Of a stretch of 64,000 nt of DNA, positions 37,712 to 50,708 are shown in pieces. Under the pieces are notes generated by a model that worked only from the letters and a program-made list of their open reading frames with translations, was not told the DNA's origin and made no database searches. The position numbers and the translations under genes were made by a program. This stretch comes from Octopus sinensis (Eukaryota): assembly GCF_006345805.1 (NCBI RefSeq), contig NC_043007.1:21762001-21826000 (forward strand), given 5' to 3'. The stretch's first letter is position 1. Every line of letters starts with the position of its first letter.

Positions 37712-38564
37712 TAAGTGTCTTGACAGAAAAATTGGGCATAAGAGACATCAGATGTGGCGAGCAAGGGAGACGACTGTACTAGCATGGTCATGTGATGTGT
37801 ATGGACGAGGGTGGCTGTATAAAAAAAAGTGCCAATCTCTAACTGTGGAGGGAATCTATGGAAGAGGTAGACCCAGGAAGACATGGAACAAGGTGGTAAA
37901 ACATGATCTTTGAATGTCGAGTCAACATGGGAGCAATGACAAGTGACTGAGACCTTTGCCAATTTGTCATATTCAGTGTCACACTGAATCTCCCTGAGAA
38001 CTACGTTAAGGGTACACGTGTCTGTGGAGTGCTCAGCCACTTACCCATAAATTTCTCAAGTAGGCTGTTCCACTGATTGGATCAACGGGAACCTCCATCA
38101 TTGTAACTGATGGAGAGCCAGAGTGTGTGAGTGTGAGATCAGTTTAATGTCAACTTTTCAATGCATATTTCAAACAGAATTTGTGAAGGCAGATTTTCCA
38201 TCTCTGGATCCCCTTCCTCTCATCACTCCTCACCTATTTCCGAACAAGATGATATTTTCTTACGTTGGGACATTTTTTACAGAAGAGTGAAAAAAAAAGG
38301 GCATTAATCGTATGACAGTGACATTTGTTTAAAACTATCATGAATTTTCACAAGACACCCCCAGCCAACCATGCACACACACACACACACATATAGCAAA
38401 AATAATATATGCTATGGAACCTAGTGTGGCTCCTGGACTTGCCAGCTCCTGTCAAACCATCCAACCCAAGCCAACATGGAAAACAGACGTTAAATGATGA
38501 TGATGATAATGAATGCTAATGTTGGTGATGATGATGATGAGGCAATAAAATAAAGACTACATAC

Positions 38565-38749
38565 CTAACATATCTGAAGATTCGATACGTTTATTATCTA
38601 AATCGGTCCAATAAAGCCTATTGTCAGCATAGTCTATAGTCAAACCAGCAACGCGACCAAGATCAAATACTAAAACCTTTCGATTTTTGCCATCTAACGA
38701 GGCTCTTTCCAGCTTTGGCTTTTCTCCCCAATCTGTCCAGTACATGTAT
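38565..38749 (-). CDS. LRP6: LRP5/6 exon, propeller 3
   Basis: [20 protein letters not shown]...RIESSDML; ttctag| acceptor, |gtatgt donor. Confidence 0.95.
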
Positions 38750-40140
38750 CTAGAAAAATAGAATATATTTATTTAGTAAAATTTGAAATCAATTACCATT
38801 TCTGGTGGCATATAAGACACATTTTTTAAAAATAAAATGTCTCAAGAAAACTTCTGGGTTCTATATATGAAGTTGGACCTCCCACAGGCTTCAATCTACT
38901 AAAAAATTTTTTTATTCCCTAATGTGGAAGGTTTAAATTTGGATCAATTTAAAACAGGAAGTTTGTATCTTAGAACCAGGGACAGTCTCATGCAGGTTGG
39001 AATCAAAAGGGGTCATGTAACACAGAACATAAATGCAGGAATGAAATTTGCTTATGATGAGCAAACCCAATTTTTTCAGGAGGATGTTCAATACATTCTC
39101 ATCAACCCTCACATAAAAAAAAAATTTTTATTTAGGGGTTGCACTTGCATCCCTTGTTCCTGCGCCTATGCTACTGAAATAGGGGCATGTGTAATATACG
39201 TGAGCATCATTTATGATATCAAATATGGTATATAACAATTTTGAACATTTGCACAAAGCCAGAAAGTTCGGAGATGGGAACAATCAGTTACATTAGATGA
39301 ATGGGTCAATTAATACTTTGTTTTTCATCCTTCTGAAGCTGATAAAATAAAGTTGACTCAGGTAGGATTTGAACACAGAATGTAGAGCAAAGTAATCAAA
39401 TACTACAAGGAATTTTGTCCAGTATTCAATTGATTTTGCCAATCCAGTTATAACACTGGCTAAAATTCTTACATATTACGTATTAGTTGGAGCGGATTGT
39501 TGTTTTCACTCTGTTTTGGTTATTCTATGCTTCAGTCTTCTTCAGGTGGTGTCTTGTGAATTACAAGACACCTGAAGAAGGCTGGAGTGGACAACAACTG
39601 AAACTTAGTGAAAGCAACAATCAAAATGAGGACGCTGTGTGGTAAGTAGCTTGTTTACCAACCACATGGTTCCGGGTTCAGTCCCACTGCGTGGCACCTT
39701 GGGCAAGTGTCTTCTACTATAGCCTCGGGCCGACCAAAGCCTTGTGAGTGGATTTGGTAGACGGAAACTGAAAGAAGCCCGTCGTATATATGTATATATA
39801 TGTATATGTATGTATGTGTATGTGTTTGTGTGTCTGTATTTGTCCCCCCAACATTGCTTGACAATCGATGCTGGTGTATTTATGTTCCCGCCACTTAGCG
39901 GTTCGGCAAAAGAGACCGATAGAATAAGTACTGGGCTTACAAAGAATAAGTCCCGGGGTCGAGTAGCTCGATTAAAGGCGGTGCTCCAGCATGGCCGCAG
40001 TCAAATGACTGAAACAAGTAAAAGAGTAAAGAGAGAGAGTGTAAAATTCCTAATTTTTATCAATAAATTTAATAGAATTAATTTTGAAATGAAAGTCAGT
40101 GGGAGGAGGGTGAGAAGAACTGGTAACTTGTTATACAAAC

Positions 40141-40367
40141 CCTTCAGGTGGATCCAATACTATTGAACGTGGGTTGGATAGATCCTTCCAGATGAGCACG
40201 CGACGTGACTTGCCATCGAGACGAGCAACTTCTATTCGCTTTGTCCCAATGTCAGTCCAGTAAAGATTTTTAGCAATCCAATCTACAGCCATTCCTTCAG
40301 GATATTCAATTCCAAATTCTATTATGTGTTCTAGAGAGCTACCATTCATAAATGCACGACTTATTTG
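40141..40367 (-). CDS. LRP6: LRP5/6 exon, propeller 3
   Basis: [39 protein letters not shown]...DPPEG; tttcag| acceptor, |gtttgt donor. Confidence 0.95.
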
Positions 40368-41621
40368 CTGAAATATCAAATAAACGGGGTCAAGATTGAA
40401 ATTATAGTCATGTAAAAGAAAAAAAAAAAAGAAAACCAACATTTAAACAATTTTATATCAAAATAAACTTGGCCATAATCTCTCTATATATAAACGGCAA
40501 AATGTCTGTGTGTGTGTCCTTTATACAAATCCACAATTTTTCAGTTAGAGGGCTCGCACTTTCTATGGTCATTCAAAACCATACAAGGGTGGTCGTGCAC
40601 ATCTTTACATTTCCCCAGTCACCCTGCAAAGCCATTAAAAAATCAATAGAAGTGACTTTTTTTGTGAATTTTCTATCCAAAACCTAATCAAAATGCCCGA
40701 AACTTGATACACCAATTGAACGCCAGCTAGCTGTATGTGATTGGTCTGAGATTTGGACAGTACTCACGTGTATGTGCACACACACGCAGCTGTATATGCA
40801 TGCACTAGCACTATGACCAGGCGTTGCCGGGTCATAGTTAAGAGTTAATTACAATAAATAGCAACTTCTTTAATTTGTTTTTCTTTTCTTTTGTATGAAG
40901 CAAAGTTTGGATGGTTTTACAAATTCAAATTCTCACTGCCACCACCAGCCTTTCTCTTTTCTATGTATCTCCTCTACAGCAAGACACCTGATTCTGTCCC
41001 TTTAACATACTTTAACCTCTCATTACCTGGTATAAAGACTAGGTTACCCCTCAGTTGAGAGGTTTTATCATGTCAGTTGACTTTGCTTTTCATCCTTTTT
41101 GGAGTAGATAAAATAAGTACCAGTTGAGCACAGGGGTTGATGTAATTGACTTAACTACTCCTGGGTGTGAGTATAAAAAACTGCACACACTCAGCCATGC
41201 CATGTCAAACCAGTGTGCAAGAGTTAGTTCAAATTCAAGGCCTGTACATCTGTTGAGTGGAGAGAATATGTTGAGGCCTTCATCCTGCAATGGACTGGAC
41301 ATAGGCAATCTAATCCAAAGGCAATCTACTCCAATCTTCTGAGTTACTCAGTGAGCTCAAAGGAGTCAGTGCCACATACAAAGCACCGAAAACAGTCTGT
41401 AAAGTAATTGATATTAGGAAGGACATCCATCCGTAGAACATGCCAAAAACAGACATTAGAGCTTAGTGTATTCCTTGTAGTCCTCTGGTTCACAAGATTC
41501 TGTCAAGCTATCCGGCTTGGTACTCTTAACTAAACTGCTTTGCTTTTTGTTAGTAGGAGGTAAATCATAAAAGAAAGGAAAAAAGAAAAAAAAAAAGGTC
41601 TTCATTATACAAGATACATAC

Positions 41622-41920
41622 TTTAAGTGAAGCATCTGTCCAATATATCCTATTATCACTGTTATCAAAATCCAGGGAGTGTGCATCTTTAACTGACTGG
41701 ATGGGAATTAACACATCATTGTGGTTAGTTTCGAGTGAGATACGGCGAATATCTTCTTTTCGAGAGAACAGAAGGAATCCATCAGGAACTACACAGGTTT
41801 TCTCATCATCAAGAAGCTCAAAGAAAATCCCAGTAGGACATGCACACACGGGACCCTTTGGGAATGTATTTAAACATAGATGACTACAACCGCCATTGTT
41901 TTCAACACAACCATTAGTTC
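41622..41920 (-). CDS. LRP6: LRP5/6 exon, EGF2 and start of propeller 3
   Basis: [17 protein letters not shown]...[18 protein letters not shown]...[10 protein letters not shown]; tttcag| acceptor, |gtatgt donor. Confidence 0.95.
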
Positions 41921-43633
41921 CTGAAAATAAGAAAGCATTACAATATAATTTAAACATTTTGCTATAAAAATACAGAAATTATTTATAGCTGTTATTGAAA
42001 CAATGTTAAATGGCATCAAGTATTATCAATAAGACCATTATTCATTCAATAACGCAGCTTTCAACTGTTCCTTATTATTAAAAACTGCTAAATGTGACTT
42101 GGTGGAAGCACGTGGCTTAGTGGTTAGGGTGTCCGCATCATGATCGTAAGATTGTGGTTTCGATTCCTGGACCGGGCGACGCGTTGTGTTCTTGAGCAAA
42201 ACACTTCATTTCACATTGCTCCAGTCCACTCAGCTGGCAAAAATGAGTAACGTTGTGATGGACTGGCGTCCCATCCAGCTGGGGAACACATACGCCATAG
42301 AAACCGGGAAACTGGGCCCATGAACCTGGATAGGCTTTAAAAGGATGCATATATTTATTTTATTATTTTTGTTTATAGTATATGCTCTTGTTTTTCACTC
42401 TGATGAGCATTAGCTTTTCCTTGTAAAGTCCAAACAATATCCTCAAGACAGGACATTATAAGTTTAATGTAATTGCATTAATTTTCTTATACTACTGGAG
42501 TTATTACATTTTCATTATGAAATATATTAACAATTCAAAATTAAATGCTTATGTTGTAGAAAAATAAATCATCATCATCGTTTAATGCCCACTTTCCATG
42601 CTAGCATGGGTTGGACGATTTGACTGAGGTCTGGCGAACCAGATGGCTGCACCAGGCTCCAATCAGATCTGGCAGAATTTCTACAGCTGGATGCCCTTCC
42701 TAATGCTAACCAATTCAAGAGTGTAGAGGGTGCTTTTACGTGCCACCGGCACGAGGGCCAGTCAGGCGGTACTGGCAACAGCCACGCTCAAATGGCGCTT
42801 TTTACGTGCCACCTGCACAGGAGCCAGTCCAGCGGCACTGGTAACGACCTCCCTCAAATGTTTTTTCACGTGCCACCAGCACAGGTGATATGAGAAATAA
42901 AGAAATGGCAGGATCTATGTAAATACACATTTCTTTCACTGTATTCTTCTGAAGATAAGCCTTTGTTCCTGAAATATAAAAGTTTTTTTGAATCTTTTCG
43001 GTTTGAACGGCAGTTTTTTCTAGTGGTGTCATATGAAATTGTCACCCATAATTATGACCCTAGTATCGATCTATTGCATTTCAATCTGTTTTAGGGTTAG
43101 GGTTAGGGATAGGGGGAAGGGTATCTTTTTTTTTCTTCACAAATGTAAATAAACCCAATCTGTTTCTTAAACGAGGGACATATTCATATGGCACAGAATG
43201 TTTTCACCTCAATAGACGTCATTGATTGGTTGAAATTGCAGAAATTGAAGAAAAAGAAACAACAAATATCTTACAAACTATAGAATTTTCTCAATAAAGC
43301 CAAGAGAAAAAGATGTTTTATAAACACATTCTACCAGTATACTAAGTTTAAAAGTGTTTAGTTACGTGGAAATTATTTTAAAAAACTGCCGGTCAAACCG
43401 AAAAGAACCGGTTTTTTTAAAAACTTTCTGCATTGTTAGAAGCTTTCCTCATTCCTTATTCCATTCATTTTTTTTACTTTTGTACTACAATGCTCTACTT
43501 TAATTACTTATGTAATTAAAAGAGAAATTATACCAAATAATTCATGGAAATGAAACAGAAACATGAAAATAGATAATACGTCTGATTTGAATAATTGAAA
43601 TATTACAAAATGAGAAACCAAACGAAGCCTTAC

Positions 43634-43774
43634 CTTCAACTTGGTGCATGCTCACTGCCTTCAGTCCCATCAAATCTGGAAGCTGGTCAATAATTACTTG
43701 ACGTTTTCCACCAGTAAGCTTATGCACGCGTTCAATGGATCGCCTTTGCCAATCGGTCCAGTATACATAGTCAC
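43634..43774 (-). CDS. LRP6: LRP5/6 exon, end of propeller 2
   Basis: [22 protein letters not shown]...[14 protein letters not shown]; gccag| acceptor, |gtaagg donor. Confidence 0.95.
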
Positions 43775-44141
43775 CTGGCAAACAGTAAAAAATGGTTAGG
43801 TTAAGTATCAGCTATACAATGTCCTTTGAGGGTACATCCCAATGCAGCTGCACAATCATCTTCCCTCTTTGCTAACTAGGGTAGCTAGGGTAGTCACGTA
43901 TCTCCTCTACAGGAACACATCTATTCCTGTCCTTAAATTGTACTTTAACCTCTCATCATCTGGCACACAACCCACCTCCCTTGATATTATTCACTCATTA
44001 GCACGCCGGGCGAAATGCGTAGCTGTATTTCGTCTGGCATTACGTTCTGAGTTCAGATTCTGCCGAGGTCGACTTTGCCTTTCATCCTTTCGGAGTCGAT
44101 AAATTAAGTACCAGTTACGCACTGGGGTCGATGTAATCGAC

Positions 44142-44369
44142 TTAACCCTTTCATTACTGTATTTATTTTGAGATGCTTTGTGTTTCTTTCAATCATTCTA
44201 AATATAACAAAGAATTTAGTAAAATAACTTAGTTATCATTCAGCTGGTGATAGGAACATAAATTGTGACTAAGGTTTGGTGGAAGATTTTAATTCAGAAC
44301 TTTTGAAAACAAGACATTTTATCACAGAGCCAGAGCCAGTTTTGTCTGGGTTAGTAACAAAAGGGTTAA
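44142..44369 (+). mobile_element. piggyBac-like MITE (TTAA target)
   Basis: TTAA-CCCTTT...AAAGGG-TTAA; interrupts a family B SINE exactly at gacTTAAtccg. Copies at 11475-11702, 11726-11955 and 57892-58580 (-). Confidence 0.85.
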
Positions 44370-44434
44370 TCCGTTTGTCCCCTCTGTTTAGCCCCTTGTG
44401 GGTAGTAAAGAAATTTATATTTTTATACATATTT

Positions 44435-44669
44435 AAGGCGGCGAGCTGGCAGAAACGTTAGCACGCCAGGCGAAATGCATAGCAGTATTTCGTCTGCCGT
44501 TACGTTCTGAGTTCAAATTCCGCCGAGGTCGACTTTGCCTTTCATCCTTTCAAGGTCGATAAATTAAGTACCAGTTACGCACTGGGGTCGATGTAATCGA
44601 TTTAATCCGTTTGTCTGTCCTTGATTGTCCTCTCTGTGTTTTAGCCCCTTGTGGGTAGTAAAGAAATAA
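44435..44669 (+). mobile_element. SINE family B, monomer
   Basis: aaggcggcgagctggcagaaacgttagcacgcc...gagttcaaattcc...gtagtaaagaaata. Confidence 0.85.
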
Positions 44670-45788
44670 CTATTCACTCATCTCAGTTGAGGGATCTTGT
44701 CTTGCAAGATGTTTGGTAACCTCTCTGATGTCGGTGCTACATGAAAAGTACCCTGTACACTCTTAAGTGGTTGCACATCATATCAGATACAGGCGTGAGC
44801 TGTGTGGTTAAGAAGCTTGTTTTGCAAACACATGGTTTCAGGTTCAGTCCCACTGCATGGCACCTTGGACAAGTGTCTTCTACTACAGCCTCAGGATGAC
44901 CAATTCCTATGAGTGAATTAAGTAGACAGAAACTGTGCAGAATCCTGCTGTATCATCATCAGCAGTATTGTTTAACATTTATGTTTCATGCTGGCATAGG
45001 TTGGACAGTTTGACAGGACCAGATGGGCTCAAGGATTTCATCATGTTCTAGTGTCTGCTTTGGCAGGGTTTCTAAAGCAGGTTGCCCTTCCTAATACTAA
45101 CCATTTAACAGCATGTGCTGGGTACTTTTTTCACGTCACCAGCACTTGACAACTAATATTGGTTTGTTGACATCCCTGTAGCTTTGTACTTTTGGTAAAA
45201 GAGACCAATAAGAATAAATGCTAGGGGTCATCATCATCATCATCATCATCGTTTAACATCTGTTTTCCATGCTAGCATGGGTTGGACGGTTTGACTGGGG
45301 TCTGGGAAGCCAGGAGGCTGCACCAGGCTCCAGTCTGATCTGGCAGTGTTTCTACAGCTGGATGACTTTCCTAACGCCAACCACTCTGTGAGTGTAGTGG
45401 GTGCTTTTTACGTGCCACTGCCACAGGTGCCAGGCGAGGCTGGCAACGGCCATGATTGGTTGGTGCTTTTTACGTGCCACTTCCACAGGTGCCAGGCGAG
45501 GCTGGCAACGGCCGCGATTGGTTGGTGCTTTTTACGTGCCACCGGCATGGAAGCCAGTCAAGGCGGCGCTGGCATCGGCCACGTTCAGATGGTGCTTTTT
45601 TACGTGCCACTGGCACAGGTATCACAACTACAATTTCCATTTGATTTTTTTGTGCCCTCAGATAGCCACAGTCCAATGACTGAGACAAGTAAAAGCTGCA
45701 AAATAAAAAGATATATTCTACAGCATCATCATACAGCACATATGGTGCTATAAAATATGGTAACAACCAAAGTGAAAATCCAACTCAC

Positions 45789-46039
45789 CTAGTAAACTGA
45801 ATCCAAATATATGAGGTAAATCATTTGATACAAGAACAACTCTATTAGTTCCGTCAAGGTTGGAGAATTCAATCATGTCTGTTTTAGCGTCTCCCCAATA
45901 AAGCTTCTTCTCGTGGTAGTCAATAGCAACACCATTTGGCCAGCCTAATGAAGAATTAATCAGAGCTACTCGTTCAGAGCCATCCATGTTGGCCCTTTCT
46001 ATCTTTGGAGTGGTTCCCCAATCAGTCCAGTACATATGC
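45789..46039 (-). CDS. LRP6: LRP5/6 exon, propeller 2
   Basis: [20 protein letters not shown]...[10 protein letters not shown]; tgcag| acceptor, |gtgagt donor. Confidence 0.95.
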
Positions 46040-46314
46040 CTGCAATATTTAGGAAAGGCGATACAGATGAAAAGTGCACAATAGAAACAATACCTAAATA
46101 AATAATATCAAAATAAAAAAACACATCTGAAAAATTTTAGCCAACACTGAAGTTGAATACACACCATACAATAATTGCCAAAACATTAACACATAAAGCT
46201 AATTGTCTATCATACTAAATGTAAATACATTGTGACACAAAATTTACTGCTATATTCATCAGAGATAGCATATCCTATGGATGTACTGTGTTTAAAAACA
46301 CAAAATGATGTATA

Positions 46315-46922
46315 TATGAGGGGATGCTGAAAAGTTCCTGACTTTAAGGATATCACAAAAGGCCTGATTGGAGGTTTAACCTTTCGAATTCTTTTACAGG
46401 GATTAGAAAAACTGAAGTACCACAGCAATAAGTATTGCGTCCCCAAAGTCCATCCCCTCCTCACCGTGGTGGGGACGCTGGCAACGGGTAGTGTCAGAGC
46501 TATGCCGTTGGGAACTTCGGCTCCTGGTAGGGCCACCCAAGGCGGATTGGTCTGACACCGAGTGGTATTAGGGCCACAACCCGGCAGACGGGGCTCTGGT
46601 GAAAAATCCTCGGAGTGTCTGTTTCGGCAACCGGCAGCTCCTCGGTCGTTCTGTCCCTGCGTCTGCGGACAATCTGCGGCAAACAGGATGTCTCTACATA
46701 CTGGATTGTTGGGGCCTGCTTGTTAAATCCACATATTCCCACGAAACTTCTTCCATGGTAGAAGAAGCCGACTCAACCCGCCCAGGGTGAATGTTGCCAC
46801 AAGTACAAGTAAGTAATAAGTATGTGAATCTAAGAGGGGAATATGCTGAATAAAATCATAATTAACTGATCTTCCTGTATTTTCTTTATGCAAAGCCAGG
46901 AACTTTCCAGCTCCCCCTCGTA
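46315..46922. mobile_element. mariner-like MITE interrupted by a GC-rich retroposon
   Basis: TATGAGGGGATGCTGAAAAGTTCCTG...CAGGAACTTTCCAGCTCCCCCTCGTA imperfect TIRs. Confidence 0.65.
46436..46814 (+). mobile_element. Short GC-rich non-autonomous RTE-derived element
   Basis: 9-bp TSD AATAAGTAT (46427-35 / 46815-23); (CAAGTA)n tail; motif GAGCTATGCCG...TAGGGCCACCCAAG resembling RTE/BovB 5' UTRs (recalled, not searched). Confidence 0.65.
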
Positions 46923-48191
46923 TCAGAGGGAGGCTGAACTCATCCCAGCAGCAGCAAATGATAATGTTAGATGCATTTCAGCCTTGTTAGGCATTATCAA
47001 TAACACATATCCTCTGACAGGATTCTTTAGTGAAATCTCTCACCAAAGATATATACATACAATGAAAAGAAATCATTGGTGTTGCTAGTAGCTACACAGC
47101 TGAATAAAAGTCCATTGTAGGCAACAGAAGAAGCATTAGATTTGAGAAAAAGCGTGGGCTAAAACTACGCGCCTTCACTAGTCAGTTAAGGTGGGACAGA
47201 GTCACGTGACAACTTGCTGGGGCTGCCTGCTGGAGCCTATGCAGCAGGTATTTAAAGAGAAAAATTTGACAAGACAGTCAGTCATCGGCTGACACTCGCT
47301 GACGATACATTGAAGAGGGCAGGGAACAGAAGAAAGAAGAAGAAAGAAGACATGCACCCAACACCAGAGCTGAAGACACCTCCGAAAGGGGGGGGGACGC
47401 CACGTCAAAACGGTAGAGGAGTAGGGGCCAAAAACAGTAGAGGAGTAGGGGCCGAAAACGGACGTGGTTCCTCCTGATGATGTCTTGAGCTAACTAGATC
47501 CTATAAAGGAGCTGTTGTGGTAGCAGACCACGAAACACGGTTGTAATTCCTAGTCATTTATGTATCATTCATTGTAAGTACATTGTTATAGGCAAACATT
47601 TTCTGCAGTAGCCATCCAGAAATAATATCTCTTATGGATGTACAGTTTACTAGCAGCATGTATAAATCAGAGGGAGACAGAACCCACCCCAACAGTGGTG
47701 AACACTTTTTAATCAAATTGCTAAAGAATTTCTAGTAATTAATGCTTTAGCATTCAGATAACTGTGTAAAATGTAACATTTATTCACATTGTTTTGAATT
47801 AATCATGCATTATCTTGTAGCTTCAAAACTTCTACAATGTGAATATACACTTTTAGAATGACATTGTAGGGTAGGTGTGAGAGGCCAGATATGGCCAGTT
47901 TGAACATAAAACAAGTAAAATATTTGCACCTGGTATGGTCAATTTAACCCATATGGCATTTAAACTGTCCATGTCTGACCAAAATATTCTACTTGTTTTA
48001 TCTTCAAACAGCTCAGATCTGGCCTTTTACACCTATCCTACAGTGTCATTTTACAAATAAACAATCACCTCATGAAAATGTCAAAGCTGCAAAATAATGC
48101 ATGATTAATTCAAAATAATGTGAATAAATAAGTATTACATTTGACAGAGGAATCTGAAAGCTAAAAAGTTAAAGAAATTTCATGAACAAAA

Positions 48192-48590
48192 TGGCGCAGG
48201 AATGGCTGTGTGGTAAGTAGCTTGCTTACCAACCACATGGTTCCAGGTTCAGTCCCACTGCATGGCACCTTCGGCAAGTGTCTTCCAATATAGCCTTGGG
48301 CTGACTAAAGCCTTGTGAGTGGATTTGGTAGACGGAAACTGAAAGAAGCCTGTCGTATATATGTATATGTATGTGTTTGTGTGTCTGCGTTTGCACCCCA
48401 ACAACATCGCTTGACAACCAATGCTGGTGTGTTTACGTCCCCATAACTTAGCGGTTTGGCAAAAGAGACCGATAGAATAAGTACTAGGCTTCCGAAGAAT
48501 AAGTCCTGGGGTCGATTTGCTCGACTAAAAGGCAGTGCTCCAGCATGGCCACAGTCAAATGACTGAAACAAGTAAAAGAGTAAAGAGTAA
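48192..48590 (+). mobile_element. SINE family A copy (intronic)
   Basis: Full head-to-tail match to the 62958 copy. Confidence 0.9.
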
Positions 48591-48662
48591 AATGAAGGAT
48601 AATTGTTTTAAAATTGTGGTAAAGGCTAAACAGTTGACACATAAATCAAAGTTTCTATTTAC

Positions 48663-48858
48663 CCTCGAATGGGATCAAGACAAATAGCTCTCGGTTCAGC
48701 CAGTCCTTCTGATATAAGCACCTTGCGCGATGTTCCATTCAAGCGGCAAACTTCAATACGATCTGTCCCTGTATCAGTCCAGTACAAATTACGCCCTATC
48801 CAATCAACTGCCACACCGTCAGGATGTTTCACTTCAGTGCTGACCACTATTTCTTGAC
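48663..48858 (-). CDS. LRP6: LRP5/6 exon, propeller 2
   Basis: [37 protein letters not shown]...[11 protein letters not shown]; aacag| acceptor, |gtaaat donor. Confidence 0.95.
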
Positions 48859-49114
48859 CTGTTTGATACACAAGAATTTTGTATTAGCAAACAACAAAAA
48901 AAGAAATTAATAAAGATTTAATAAAAGGACATTAATGTAGTTTAATGAGAAATAAATAAAACAAATATTACGGAGATGTACTTGCATAGCAAGTGACTTG
49001 ATCTGAGATCGTGTGCTGAAAAAAAACAAAACAATTGCAGCATAGGTGTTTACAAGCCATATAAAAACACACAAAAACCGTTAAGATTCACTTCAACATT
49101 TAAATTTAATTTGC

Positions 49115-49159
49115 GTCAAAATATTTCTGTTGCTTTGAAACTGCAACCTGTTCACTGAC
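49115..49159 (-). ncRNA. Hammerhead ribozyme candidate with G3-C8 core variant
   Basis: Minus strand GTCA-GTGAACA-g-GTTGC(9 nt)GCAAC-a-GAAA-TAT-TT-TGAC; sister fragment at 53761-83 reads GCAAC-GAAA-ATAT-TT-TGAC. Confidence 0.55.
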
Positions 49160-50507
49160 AAAATGCAGAACAGAATTTTGTGGTTTCAAAGCGACAAAAA
49201 TATTTTGACACAAATTAAATTTAAATTTTGAAGTGAATCTAATGGTTTTTGTGTGTATTTCTATGGCTTGTAAACACCTTCTATGCTACAATTGTTTAAC
49301 CCTTTGGTGTTCAAATTTCTCTATTAAATGTAATACTTTTTCACTCAAATTGTTTTGAATTAATCATGCATTATGTTATAGCTTTGAGGTTTCAACGATA
49401 TGATTGTTTATTTTTAGAGTGTCACTATAGGTTAGGTGTGAGAGGCTAGATATGGCCAGTTTGAATATAAAATATATAGAATATTTGGGCCAGATATGGC
49501 CGGTTTAAACACTATAAATAAAAGATAAAATTGATTGAATTTCAAGCATATTTTTCTTATATTCCATTGTGTATACACCCCACACACATCATCTATGAGA
49601 CATCATGTTCTAAGACAATAAACACCACATATACCTACTCTTTTTTGTAGCATTGAGTTCTTTCTTATCGTGGATAAGTACAATTAACTGAGTGAAATCA
49701 ATCTAACTATTCATCTACCAAACTACCTATCTACCTGCCTATACACACACGCATGCGCGCACAGATTTACGGATTACCTCCCTTGGTAAACAACTGAGCA
49801 TTCATAAAAGAGACGGCAAAAATAACTTTCAAATGTAAAACAGAAGTATATTCCGAGTCCAAATTCAGCAGGGGTCGACTTTGACTTTCATACTTTCAGG
49901 GTCGATAAAATAAGTACCAGAAGAGCAACAGGGTCGATGTAATCGACTTAACCACTCACCTGAAATTTGTGGCCTTCAGCCAAAATTTGAAACCAACAGA
50001 AGATAGAACTATTCATTGTGATATAAAAATATATAAGCCTTAATAAAAAGATCTCACAACTGTTCTTCAATGAATATATTCAATTATTTGCAGAATTATG
50101 ATGAACCCCCCCCCCCAACTAATTACCTTTTTAACTTGATATTGTCATCAATTAATTGCAATTAATTAATTTCATCATCAAATGCTTTTTAAAGTTGGCT
50201 AAAATTTGCCTCTCACCCATCATTGTTTTAAGGTCCATGTTTTAGATGCTTGCATGGGAGGGATAGAGTTTACCAAAGCAAATTTTCTACAGTCAGCTAC
50301 CCTTCCTGTTTCCCAGCAAGGGAATATTTCTTCACGGCCAGACAATATTTCACACTTCGAAAGGATGAAAGGCAAAGTCGACCGTAGTAGAATTTGAACT
50401 CAGAATGTAAGGATGGACAAAATACTGCTAAGCATTTTACCCGGCATGCTAACAGTTCTGCCAGCTTAAACATAATAATAACTAATAATAATAATAATAA
50501 TACTAAC

Positions 50508-50708
50508 CAGATCCATCCATGTGAGCTCGTCGAATGAGATGTATATTATCATCAGTCCAGTAAACGTAGTCCTCAACGGGGTCATAGTCTATGGCAATGG
50601 TGTGTTGGATGTCATTTAGCTGAAGAATCACATCAGTGTAGTCAGGAGTATCCAGGGATATTCGACGCAAATCAGATCTTCGAGCCAGAAGAAGAATTTC
50701 CTTAGGAC
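50508..50708 (-). CDS. LRP6: LRP5/6 exon, start of propeller 2
   Basis: [25 protein letters not shown]...YVYWTDD; ttttag| acceptor, |gttagt donor. Confidence 0.95.

Noticed and set aside
43090-43116. TTAGGG repeats suggesting an interstitial telomere
   Set aside because: Only about 3 units, and internal to a MITE also present at 33270.
47474-47545. CTGATGA...CGAAAC possible hammerhead with long stem II
   Set aside because: I could not find a convincing stem I partner or cleavage triplet, and there is no inverted arm.
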